A stretch of DNA of 64,000 bases from Vezdaea acicularis (lineage: Eukaryota), in contig JAPEUI010000003.1 in the NCBI GenBank assembly GCA_026025075.1, forward strand, positions 1-64,000, read 5' to 3'. Under the pieces are notes generated by a model. That model ran no database searches. It was not told where the DNA came from and saw only the letters and a list, made by a program, of their open reading frames with translations. Below are positions 1-10,693 of the stretch, in pieces. A program made the translations under genes and the position numbers. Each line of letters starts with the position of its first letter. Position 1 is the stretch's first letter.

Positions 1-534
1 CGGGCGCAGAGGCGGCCTCCAGAGCGGTGGAGGGGAGGGCCCCGGACAGGCTAAGCTTTTGGTCAGCGAGAATATGTGGCCTTCCATTGGCCGAGCCGGG
101 TCGCAGTGCGCCTGGGGGGATGCCGGTCGCCTATCAGCTTCGTGTCGGCATCTTGCTGCCCGAGAGGCCGAAGGAAAGGGGGGGGCAAGCATGGACAAGA
201 GTTCTTTTCTGGTCCCTTTGTCTCCATATATCTCCACCATAGCCCATTGTCCAGTCAAGTGGGATTCCAGTGAGGTGGTAGCTGTTCTGCAAGGCCGTCC
301 AACGGCGATGGCTTACCAAAGACATCGGAACTGGCAATTCGATTATCCGAGGCGGCCTTATCCCCGCGGTTGCTTCCGAGTCCCGCCCCGATTATTTGAT
401 CTCTATAAAACCTCAGAGATGCGCCGAGCAGGGGAGGGAAGGCTATGCTTAGGCTTGCATCGAGGTGTACGAGACGTATAATCCCGCTTCGCATTCGAAA
501 TCATATCTTACAGCGTTATTCGATTACATTTACG

Positions 535-1153
535 ATGTCAGAGCCAGTTCAGGGTGTGGGGCCGAACGGTCGAGGTCCTAATCCGGAGGAGAAGCTTCCG
601 CCGCTCTCAGCGATGGAGTTCTCGGAGTACAACCGGATGGCCGATCACATGAACATGTTTGTAAGTATTCTGGGAGGTCTAGTCTGGAGATACAGGAGGA
701 GGCTTCTAACGCTGTCCTTACTAGCACAACTCCTTCCGCAGGACTTGGACAGAGCTATACTCTTGTGCCGAGTCGGGCACACGGCCCAAACGGACAACTC
801 TGCGCCAATTTTTATCAACGGGGCTCCAGTTCTGCCACCACCTGACCATGCATCATACTATCGAAGAGGTTCACGTCTTCCCCCTGCTAGCAACCAAGAT
901 GCCGGCCTTCAAGAAGGAATTGGAGCTTTTAACGCAACATAAGCAGATCCATGAAGGGCTAGACAAGTTTGAGGAGTATCTGAAAGACTGCAGGGACGGT
1001 GAGAAGGATTTTGAGAATCGGGAGATGAAGAGGTTGATGGATACGTTTGGAGATGTGCTCTGGACCCATCTGGATGATGAGGTCAGGCAGCTAGGGGCAG
1101 AGAACATGAGGAAATACTGGACATTGGCAGAGCTGAGGGAGATGCCTTTCTAA
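535..1153 (+). CDS. Hemerythrin/HHE cation-binding domain protein (184 aa)
   Basis: join(535..660,725..1153). Intron GTAAGT..CTAAC..TAG. Motifs MNMFHNSFR, HLTMHHTIEE, HKQIH and LWTHLDDE are the hemerythrin-type His/Glu metal ligands. Confidence 0.88.
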
Positions 1154-1649
1154 AAGTGTATTCTTGCTCGTAAAGGGGGTTTTGTCGTGGGAAGTCGTTT
1201 GGATAGCCAGGATACCCTTTTCGTCTAAGCTTCAAGCAAGCTTGCAAGTAGATTTTTTATAGTATATATCTTCATCTATGTTTTGAACTTTTGCTACAGT
1301 CCTGTAATACACTGTGAACACCGATTGCTAGGTCCTGAAGTCCAGAGTTCTATCATTCCCGAATAGAATACCCATCGAATGCGTACGCATGTATACGGGT
1401 CGTCAGGTTTTACATTTCCCTTTCTGATTTAACGAGAGACCTCCCGTTCCTTGAGCCTCTTCTAATGGCGACGCAAAAACCACCAAATCACATAACAATC
1501 ACCTGACATGTGAAATCTTGCACCTGAGATTCGATCTTGAACGCCCTTTCAGGAGAGAGGCAGGTAGTGCTCGGGACTTCCTCTTTCTCCTCAAGTGCCG
1601 AGGCATGATTCAGGCTAGCTGCTGCTAAAAGCTCAAGGCTTGCTCAACA

Positions 1650-2703
1650 TCAATACCAGATCTTTATCAGCTCTTCACTGACAGCGCTTGGTGTCAAGAC
1701 ACCATTCTCTGTGATGAGCGCCGAGATGAGCTCCGGCGGCGTAAAATCCACTGCAGCTTCAACTTTTTCAAGCTCCTTCTTTCCTTCCGTACCTGCAGTC
1801 TTGAAGTCGATGACCTTTTGTTCAATCGGCAAGTCAAACTGACCGAGCGGAAATAACCTCACGAACTTATGGCTTTCTGCTACAACAAAGAACGGCTTTC
1901 TGGGCTTGACCGCCTTGGCTAGCATGGCCATTTGGTAAGTTCCAAGTCTTGAAATGATCCCGCCGTTTTCGACTACGCCTTCGGCACCGACTATGACCAT
2001 CGTGACCTTCCTGAGGCTGTATGCAACTGCAGATTCTGAGATCACCGCGACTGGGACCCCCTTTTCTCGTAGTAATGAGACGATAGCATCTCCTTCCGTC
2101 GCCGCTGTTGTTGTTGATGGAAGGACGTAGATGACCTTGAACCGTACGGAGCCAGCCGATGCTTCAGCAGCTCTCATGAGCAGCGCACCCACAACCCTTG
2201 AGCCCCCATTCGTGAGGATCGTCTCCTCGTCCCTAACGAAGAGCTTCCCTACCTCCGCAATCTTCTCCCTGCTGGCCTTCGCGCGTGAGACGAAAACCTT
2301 CCCATTGCTTAGCAGGTGCGCCTTGATATTGCGGAAGTCTCCGCCAGGGTCCGAGGAGCCCGGTCGTTGGAGTGTAGATATGAGGTAGCGTTGAAAGAGA
2401 TCGGTGCCAGCGGAAAGAGATATTGGATTCGGTATCGAGGCCTTGAGGTGCTCGGTTGATTCATTAAGAAGAGTGAGCGTCTCGGCGACCGTTGAGGCTT
2501 GAGATTGGGCGAGGAGTTCGACAAGTGCTTCAATTGCAGCGACAGGCATCGTTATGTCGGCATCTTCCTGCAGGAGACGGTTGTAGGTCCCTACAATGCT
2601 GTGTGAGTCAGCCATATTCTTATTTGAAGAAAATAATCTTAGGGGAGGCAGCTCACTCGAAATGTGGAACCGCGTCTCCCCTGGTAGACTCTGTTTGAGT
2701 CAT
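1650..2703 (-). CDS. GCN3: Translation initiation factor eIF2B alpha subunit (331 aa)
   Basis: complement(join(1650..2598,2657..2703)). Motifs TMPVAAIEAL, SLSAGTDLF, VGAEGVVENGG, AESHKFVRLFPL, VDFTPP, LTPSAVSEELIK. Confidence 0.95.
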
Positions 2704-3070
2704 GGCTGATTGAAAATCTGTGTATGATCTGGGGCCGGTATTTTTGGGATCTGAATCGCTGCTTGGAGCTCCTGATGACTTTAACTTAGGTATTTGTTCA
2801 GGAGATCGAACCAGTGTGCGGCTGATAGATACTCGTGGGTCAGATTAATCTAGCCACCATTGTTGATCACAGACGAGATTATTAATTCATGGATCATATA
2901 TGTGAATGGTTGTTGTGATTTAGAGGCATAATCAACAGTGTTTAAAGTTCCCCAGCAGCTCTGGAATGAGAAAAGCCTTTCGCCAGATATATGCAGCGGG
3001 ACCTGAATACAATATCACTGAGAATTCCGAGGAAAACTTTCATCCGTATGAGAGAGTGCTTTCAGTATTC

Positions 3071-3403
3071 GACTGTAGTTCCACCCTGCATCTGGACATC
3101 AGAGCTTAGGGAAAATGAGCACAAGCTTTCCCCCTTGACGTCCCACCCCACCTGGTCAGGTGACTGTTCATTGTCCCAACTGTAAGGAAACCTTAAAACA
3201 GGGATGTTCTCCTTGGGCTGTCATCCCTGATAGTGGCCGTTCTCTGTGCATGAGTATGGCACAAATGGGTGCACTCGTGCATGGTCGGTCATTCGTGGTG
3301 GGGGAGATGAAAGTGCAGACGGTCCGTTGATGCGCTGGCAGTCTCTCAACCTCCAGCGTGCTCTCCAACCATAGTTGCCCAAACTCGGGGATCACACACA
3401 ATG
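3071..3403 (+). ncRNA. Candidate structured non-coding RNA (possibly H/ACA-type); unconfirmed
   Basis: At least 7 nested or adjacent helices, several with G-U pairs that favour the + strand. AGATGA (ANANNA) at 3305-3310 follows a closing helix, and ACA triplets lie at 3394-3400. No convincing ORF. Confidence 0.35.
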
Positions 3404-3712
3404 TCTCAGCCTCCTTCCAGCCGTCTTATGTCCCCAATAGCAACGCTCAATCTCCTATTCACAGGAATTGGGGCCTTTCTATCTGCCGCGACGTTTCAGA
3501 GTCTGAATTTGAGCTTTTGGCTGATTCTAGGCTAGTATCCGCGTGAAAGCTATGCTTTGACCTCTCCAATAGGGCGCGAACCTCACCGCCCAGATCCATT
3601 CACATCCTGAAGCTCTCATAACCCCCTAGGAGCTTTGTTGAATGAACACAAGTCCTACTTGAGCACTCCCATCCTCCTTAAAGGATACTGCTTGCAATTG
3701 ACGATCCTCACC

Positions 3713-4483
3713 ATGGCTAATGTTGACCCCCTCACCAACCAGCCCTATCCGGCCGACGCTATTCAGAGAGTTCTATTTGTAGCAGCGAAAGTTCATGTCT
3801 ATCAGATTCCTCCCATGACATCTAGCAAAGGTCACACTGCTGCGCTCTGGACTACAAACAATGCCGAGCCCCAGTTCACTGTACGGTTAAGGGTTCTCGA
3901 GACGGCAATACCTACAGCGAACGGCAAAGAGAACATCAAGACCGACATTCTCCTGGAGGACATAGCTACGGGCGAACTCTTTGCCGCTGTGCCTTATACC
4001 ACTCCATCTGCCGTCGAAGCGGCCATTGACAGCTCAAGGTTCTTTGCCGTACTAGCTCGAGGGGCAGGTGGAGTGAAAGCCTTACTAGGAGTTGGGTTCG
4101 AGGAGCGAAGTGATGCGATGGACTTCTCGATCAGTCTGCAGGAAGCACGGAAGGTTCAAGGATTAGAGGGTACGAATGGTTCGGGACGGAAAAGCTCAAG
4201 CAAAAGCAAAGAACAGATTGAGAAGAAAGACTTCAGTCTCAAGGAAGGAGAGACTATTACGGTCAACATTGGAGGACGGGGCCGAAGAGACAAAAAGTCG
4301 AGTTTATCGAAGTCGCCGCAGCCAGAGTCGACAGGTAGCGGATCGATACCCCTCCTTCCGCCCCCACCTAGCGCGCAGGATGTAAAGGCACAGAGAAGGT
4401 TGAGCAGGCAGAACATATCTCCCGAGCCAGCTTCAGCGGCTGATCTAGGGTTTGACGACGGAGAATTTGGAGAGTTCCAGTAG
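3713..4483 (+). CDS. Adaptin ear-binding coat-associated protein (NECAP, PHear domain)
   Basis: Motifs VHVYQIPP, GELFAAVPY, VEAAIDSSRFFA, LGVGFEERSDAMDF, DFSLKEGETITVNI, and C-terminal DDGEFGEFQ. First ATG is 3713 (the track starts at a TTG). Confidence 0.92.
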   Translation: MANVDPLTNQPYPADAIQRVLFVAAKVHVYQIPPMTSSKGHTAALWTTNNAEPQFTVRLRVLETAIPTANGKENIKTDILLEDIATGELFAAVPYTTPSAVEAAIDSSRFFAVLARGAGGVKALLGVGFEERSDAMDFSISLQEARKVQGLEGTNGSGRKSSSKSKEQIEKKDFSLKEGETITVNIGGRGRRDKKSSLSKSPQPESTGSGSIPLLPPPPSAQDVKAQRRLSRQNISPEPASAADLGFDDGEFGEFQ

Positions 4484-5170
4484 CACGCTAGCAAGCCGAA
4501 AGCTACTGTAGGTGTCACTCGAATCTCTAAATGCTGATATTGTTGGTCTGGTCTCGTAAACACGAACCCCCGGATTCTACATAGACATATCTAGCAGGGC
4601 TACGAGCCCTATGAGAGAACCCTCACCACATGAACTTTACCCTGTGTGCGGCTCGTGTATCCAATCAAACTGCTGCTTATATGAAGAGGAGCTGTAGCCT
4701 GTAATCGACTCAAATGTTTAATACTTAATCAATTAGATAATTCATGAACCTCCCACGTCCCCATTGGGCGATTGCGGTTAGCGAGGTTGGTGGCGATCTT
4801 GTGTGACGTCCGCCCCGCAGTGAAATCCGCCACAAGATTTGTTGACCTGTAGTAGGAGTTGTTGGATGAAAAGATTTCTCTACTTAATGTGTCGTTATCT
4901 TTGTGTCTGTCCAGTCACTCGATTATCATCTCCTAGCCCATTATCAGTCCATTGTCTCTTGACCGTAGGGAGGCACACATCTTACGCCACATCTCTAATT
5001 CAAGAGTCTGTCTTTATAAAGCACATGTAGAGGATCTGTGATCTTGAATATAGCTTCGCCAATGCTCTAGGTAATCTATAGAGACATCGAAGATTGCACT
5101 TTGTTTCCGCTATCTCGTATTCTTGCTTCTAATGGTGTAAATACTACAATCATATACAGCATCGATCAAG

Positions 5171-6772
5171 ATGCGGTTTTCTCTGAACCTATTTCGTCTC
5201 TTGCTTTCAAGTTCTCTTTCGCTCATAATCCTCACTATTTCTCTCCTACCTGCCTTCATCGTCGGTGAGAGTTTCGAAAACTGGCTCTCAGCCCAAGAAT
5301 CCAGCGCCCTCACCAAAATCTTCAACAACATCGCCCCTTACGGCCCCAACCTCCAAGACGCCCTTCCCGGCGTCTCAGTCGCGAGCCCCTCTCGCGTCCA
5401 CCCAGACTACTACTATCAATGGACGCGCGACTCCGCTATCACGGCCCTAGCACTTGTCCACACGTACGCCTCGTCCCCCAACAGTACCCAAGGCTTTCAC
5501 CTCGTCGAGATTCTGGATGCCTACAGCGACCTGCAGGCACACCTCCAGCAGGTCACCAACCCCTCCGGCTCCTTCTCCGGCCTACAAGGTCTCGCCGAGC
5601 CAAAGTTCCACGTCAACGGTACGGCGTTTACAGGGCCGTGGGGCCGACCCCAGCGTGATGGACCTGCCCTCCGCGCCTTAGCACTGATCGAATATATACG
5701 CGTCTATAACGCTACCCACCCAGCCTTATGGACATCCACTGACCCGCCCGGAAGAACGGCATGGTACCGCCATTTCTACGAAGCCACCATGCCGGCCGTG
5801 AGTGTCATCAAAGCAGACCTAGAACACATCTCCAAGTACTGGAACCTGGGCGATGGCTTTGATCTCTGGGAGGAGAAGCAGGGGATGCATCTCTTCACGC
5901 TAATGGTGCAATCGAAGGCTCTGCGCGAGGGCGCGGACCTCGCGCTGCGCTTTGGAGATGGGGGCGCGAGTGAATGGTACGCGGCGCAATATCAGAGCAT
6001 TCAGGAGGCGTTGCCACGATTTTACGACCGGCGAGCTGAAACACTCACATCCTGGACCGGAGAGGGTCTCGACGTAGGCGGTCTCGACTGCGGAAACCTT
6101 CTCGGCGCGCTGCATGGGCACGCGCCCCCTTCTATCCCCGAGACGGGCGTCCAGACTTCACAAGATCTCTACCCACCCTGGACTTCCGAAATCCTGAATC
6201 ACCTCCTCGCCTTCGTGCAGAACCAGCGCGATACCTATCCCATCAACGCCGACCGTCCAGGCATAAATAGTACCGCATGCTTGCTCTCTCCTGTCGCCAT
6301 CGGCCGCTACCCAGGCGACATCTACGATGGAGACGGCTTCAGCGGCGGGAACCCATGGTTTCTATGCACAGCCTCGGCAGCAGAAGTGCTCTACCGCACC
6401 GCAACACACTTCGCGCCACGCTCAGGCCTACCGCTCGATCAGCCATTCTGGCAGGAACTCCTGCGCTGCGCTGGCGGCTTAGAGGCGATTGATAGGGAGG
6501 AAGGGTTGTGGAAGGCGCTGCTGGAGGAGGTAATTAGGCGGGCGGACGGGTTTTTGGCGGTGATGAAGAGGTATCAGGGGCCTGAGGGGGAGATGAGCGA
6601 GCAGATCAATGGGACGAGTGGTGAGCAGATCGGGGCGAGGGATTTGACGTGGAGTTATGGGAGTTTGGTCGAGGCGCTTAGGTGGAGGGGAAGGGCGGTA
6701 GAGGCTGTGAAGAGGATTGGAGAGGGGTTTGAGGGAGAAGAGGGAGAAGGCTGGAACAAGGAGGAATTGTGA
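5171..6772 (+). CDS. Glucoamylase (GH15), intronless, no starch-binding domain, C-terminal KEEL
   Basis: Hydrophobic N-terminus; motifs PDYYYQWTRDSA, GLAEPKF, WGRPQRDGPALRA, DLWEE (acid), GGNPWFL, MSEQ (base), ARDLTWSY. Confidence 0.93.
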   Translation: MRFSLNLFRLLLSSSLSLIILTISLLPAFIVGESFENWLSAQESSALTKIFNNIAPYGPNLQDALPGVSVASPSRVHPDYYYQWTRDSAITALALVHTYASSPNSTQGFHLVEILDAYSDLQAHLQQVTNPSGSFSGLQGLAEPKFHVNGTAFTGPWGRPQRDGPALRALALIEYIRVYNATHPALWTSTDPPGRTAWYRHFYEATMPAVSVIKADLEHISKYWNLGDGFDLWEEKQGMHLFTLMVQSKALREGADLALRFGDGGASEWYAAQYQSIQEALPRFYDRRAETLTSWTGEGLDVGGLDCGNLLGALHGHAPPSIPETGVQTSQDLYPPWTSEILNHLLAFVQNQRDTYPINADRPGINSTACLLSPVAIGRYPGDIYDGDGFSGGNPWFLCTASAAEVLYRTATHFAPRSGLPLDQPFWQELLRCAGGLEAIDREEGLWKALLEEVIRRADGFLAVMKRYQGPEGEMSEQINGTSGEQIGARDLTWSYGSLVEALRWRGRAVEAVKRIGEGFEGEEGEGWNKEEL

Positions 6773-7348
6773 GTTGTGGAAAGTGTTACAATGCTGTTAA
6801 TGCACGATGATGCTTTGACTCATAAGCTTCCCGCTGCATGGATTTTATTCTTATATTTAGCCTTCAAGCGATGTCAAAGAAGCGCTACTAAATATGCCAT
6901 CGAGTAAGAAACCGAATGTCCATTTGAAAGCCCTTAAGGAGCCATACTCAAGGCCGCTGCTCAGCACTTGACACAGCGGCTTCTCAGATGTTCCGGAAAG
7001 TGCTCCCTACCGGAAGCCGCGTCAAACCCAATGCAAACCAAAAAAAACCAAAAAGCAAACTCCTCACGCAGATATAGATGCAGAGCAAACCAAATGCAGC
7101 CATCTAGTGCAGATGCTCTGAAAGCAAATAACCCAGATGCCAAAAAACCCCATTTGAACTCCGAAATTCCACTCTCAGGGGTATATAGCGCTATGCCCTT
7201 GCCCCAGCCCGATACTGCGCCATGCATGCAAACTCTGAAATCCCTCCTCTGTCTCAAATCTAATCTCATTCAATCCTTTCTCCTTCCTTTTAATAGCAGC
7301 CTGGGCCTTCAGAAGAAGTTCTTCCGACTGGACAAATAATAGCTGACT

Positions 7349-9515
7349 TTAGGCCAGGAGAGCGTCCTCCCCGAAGCTTGGACGAGGCAGCTCCGTTAGC
7401 TGTGCCATCTGCAACCAGGAGAGAGTGCCGATGTCGAACTCGTCCCCATTCTCACGAGTATCTTTGCATCGTGGGTGGGAGGGGTTTGGTGCCAGCTCCG
7501 TAGCGTCAAAAAGGTCAGGGAAAGTCTCTAGTTCCTCGTCCTGCCGAAAGACCTTATCTTCATCTAGTCCCAGAGCCATTTCCAAATCCTCATATTCTTC
7601 TATCAAGCGGATTACCCACTCATCGTAATCTGACCTGGCATCATAGGTGCTCGATTTTGTAGAAATGATGCAGTCGGAGGGTTGCTCATCCACGAAGAAC
7701 GGTGCTAGACCGAAGGCTTCATCTTCTAGGGATGTCAACGAACTAAGACTGGAGTTCGTGGCTGGGCTTGAGCAACCACTATGTTTCGTTGGCGTATCAT
7801 GGCCATTTGTCGAAGACCCCTCCGAATCATCTGCATCTGAGTGAGGCTGGTTAGCGCCCAGACCCTTCGGCTTGCATTCGAGAGAATCTGGGTTCGCAAA
7901 TAGACTATATCCAGCGGAGATTGCTTCCACTAGATCTCGGTCCGAAATCGCCAATTCATCCTCAACAGTCGAGTCAGAGGTACACCTGCTCTTTAGCATG
8001 TCGCGTCGCATACCCTCAGAGCCTGCCATGAAGATTTCGACCCAAATGTTATGGGGCGCTTCAAAGTCCACGAGAGTATCCAGGATCGGCTCGGGGACTA
8101 CTTCCACACATGGAGCTATTAGACCGGAACCAATGGCAATCAACTCAATCTTTTGCCGGTCTGAATGCAATATTGCCTCCCGTATTGACCTAGAGGCGCC
8201 AAGGCGGTCCAAGATGTAGCGCCTCTCGTACGCGGTGTCTGCGTCCAAGAGGGTTTCCAGCCAGATATGAGACTGCGGCTGGGTATTTGGTGAGGTATCA
8301 AGAGACGGTAGTCTTCGTGATATACACGTCTCTTCTGTGAGGTCCAAGGCCTCTTGGGCCAGGTCCACCAGATCGTGTGCCGGATTCTCTCCTCCCAATT
8401 TGGTTAGACCACTGAGGGTCAAGATCGCGATAATCCACCGAGCGTCGACAGTATCGAGGACTGCATCATATATTTCGGCAGGTGCGCCTCGCTCATCCAG
8501 TAATTGTCTTCGCCTTTCCGACGTTCCCGCCCTGACCAGTTCCCCGATCCAGTATTCATCCTCACGTCGAATGAATATTTGCGAATCATCAATCATATCT
8601 CTGATATCTTCAAGATCGGAACTAGCGAGGAGCGCCTCGCGCATCCCTTCGGGGGCTTCGAGAAGTTCCAATAGCTCCTGTCGTTGGATATCGTTCGAGT
8701 AGTGGATTGCAAACGACCATATGCTTGCCTGAGGAGGAGAAAGGCGCTGAGTGCTCCTGATAGGTACTGGAATTGGCTCTGGCCACATGCTTGTGGCAGA
8801 AGAGGAAGGGCGTCGAGCGCTCCTGACAGGTATTGGCATTGGCTCTAGCTGAAGATATTCCAACATATCTGCCGCAGAAGGAACTATATTTTCCGCGATA
8901 AGGATTCTTGCCATGTGCCCAACGCTTTGAGCACCAACGATCTTTTCGTATTGCCTTCTGTCGGCCCCTATGGAGTGCAATATCGTATCAAACCCGTCGT
9001 GATCTTGAAGGATAGCTCGGACGATTACATGGCTTCTTTCCCAAAGTCGCTTCTCTTCGTCGTTCTCTTCGTTGTTGTTTTCTTCAACAATTGCACTTTT
9101 TTCGATGCTGTTTGCTTCCATAGTAGCACCAAGCCCGAAGTCCTGTTCATTCTCACCAGCTTTGATATTATCTTCAGCTTCAGCCTTTTTGGCTGCTTTC
9201 TTTCTTAGGTTCTCTTGAAACCTTCGGGCCGCCTTCTCTTGTCGCTTCGCCTTGTCTGGTCGTTTGCGACATGATACTGGCTCATGTCCGATCTCCGCCT
9301 TTGGTGTGAGATTATAAGTCAGCGTTGGACGCAGAGAAGATCAATGATCCACTAACCTCATTTACTTCCTCGGCTGGCATTGATCTCATCTCCATGCCGT
9401 TGTCGAACTTGACCTAATAATTGTTAGCGTAGAGGAGAGGTCGAAGGGGGGTACCATTAAGGCTTACTTCAGGATGCGGCATCGTCTGTGTAAGGTATCT
9501 GTTGATAGTAGACAT
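7349..9515 (-). CDS. Hypothetical protein with ~50-aa helical repeats (~681 aa)
   Basis: complement(join(7349..9298,9366..9413,9468..9515)). The 590-aa ORF extends upstream without stops to an acceptor at 9299. Two phase-0 introns (GTAAGC..GCTAAC..TAG; GTAAAT..GCTGAC..AAG). Confidence 0.75.
8715..8848 (-). repeat. Degenerate 66-bp (22-aa) coding tandem duplication
   Basis: LEPMPIPVRSARRPSSSATSMW versus PEPIPVPIRSTQRLSPPQASIW. The ggctct anchors at 8841 and 8775 are 66 bp apart. Confidence 0.8.
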
Positions 9516-10693
9516 TGTAGGTTGATAGACAGAAACTGTAATGTCTTAAGGATAATAGTAAGGATCAGTGCTCTAGCAAGGTTGGTATGGTGTATAGAGG
9601 TGTCCTGTTGGTAAAGGTGGATAGAAAGAGAGAGTACTTTGAAAATCTTATAAGCACTTTCATAACACCAACACAAGACACATAGTGAGTGTTCTATCCA
9701 GTTAGTGTTCGTGGTTATGCACAACACAATCTTAGCCATAACACGTAATGGATTGCAATGGGGGGGGTTATCCCCGAAACACAATGGAACACTCGTGTTC
9801 TGTTATATTCCGAGAACACAAGACCATTACCGCCGTAACTAGACCAAGATTTGCACAAACAGGGAAGCTCAAATATTTCGAGAGCTTTAGGATTAGGAGA
9901 ACGTGTGCACTCAATGTCCCTAGCCCGTCCATACACCTCCACAAAGAGGTAGGTATGTATGAACCATGGAGGACCATTGGTTCCGGTCCTTGACAGTGCT
10001 GAAATTCACTATGGACATATTTAGTAACATAGGGCAATCGCGGCAAAAGAGAAGTGGTGCTTTTCTTTTGTAATATGGGGAGGAGGTTAAGCGTGAAACT
10101 GCTCCAGAACGAGATTATAAAAAGCCCAGCACCTAAAACAGATCAACGCATCAAGAAACTTTTGAGGGCGTTTCTCAGCTTTCAAAAATTGTGCGGAAAA
10201 ACACTCATTCTGAAGTCTACGAAGTTGGACCTGCAAGATAATCGTTTCAAAGCTGCGACAGCCCCTGCCGCTCTGGATAACTTTCAAGAAAAGCCCAAAG
10301 GCGATCCTTTGTTGAGCAGGAAAAAAATGACATGATACAACTAGTTTATGACTAGTGTGAGAGTGCTGGCTTGATAATCAAGCTTATGTTCTTAATAAGT
10401 TTGATGTAACTATACAAGACTCTTCAATAAATGGGACCGTATATCAGCCCCACAATAAATGAGTATAATAGACTAGTCATTACAAGAGCTGAGAGATCGC
10501 CTTTTGCTGTCATTTCTTCTTGAATGCCTTGTTATTGACTTCCAGATAGAATCACTGGGCAGCTAAGAATGTTAGCAAGAACGTTGAACTTCGCATCGTA
10601 AAGACACCTCACAAGCTAACTTTTAAGAAGTTCTCTGGTCGTACCCAGTCTCTTGCACAGGCTCCTTTGCACCCTTAAATTTCATACGTATCA

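Noticed and set aside
1..325. Possible 5' end of a minus-strand gene (ATG TCT TTG/GTAAGC at 325-311; branch and acceptor near 51-66)
   Set aside because: Splice-like signals exist, but the peptide is too short to identify and the gene would run off the window.
2941..3480. RNase MRP or snR30 identity for the structured region (AAAGTTCCCC, AACCATAGTT, CGGGGATCA)
   Set aside because: Only partial motif resemblance; the canonical GAAAGTCCCC/GGGGCT and ATATTCCTA motifs are absent. Kept only as an unnamed candidate RNA.
3612..3630. CATAACCCCTA as a telomerase RNA template
   Set aside because: Not a match to TAACCCTAA, and it lies in the NECAP 5' region with no visible pseudoknot.
9485..9790. CpG-free, AT-rich stretch and ACGTAAT motif as a transposon remnant or TIR
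   Set aside because: No partner inverted repeat was found; it is explained as the first exon and promoter of the 9515 gene.
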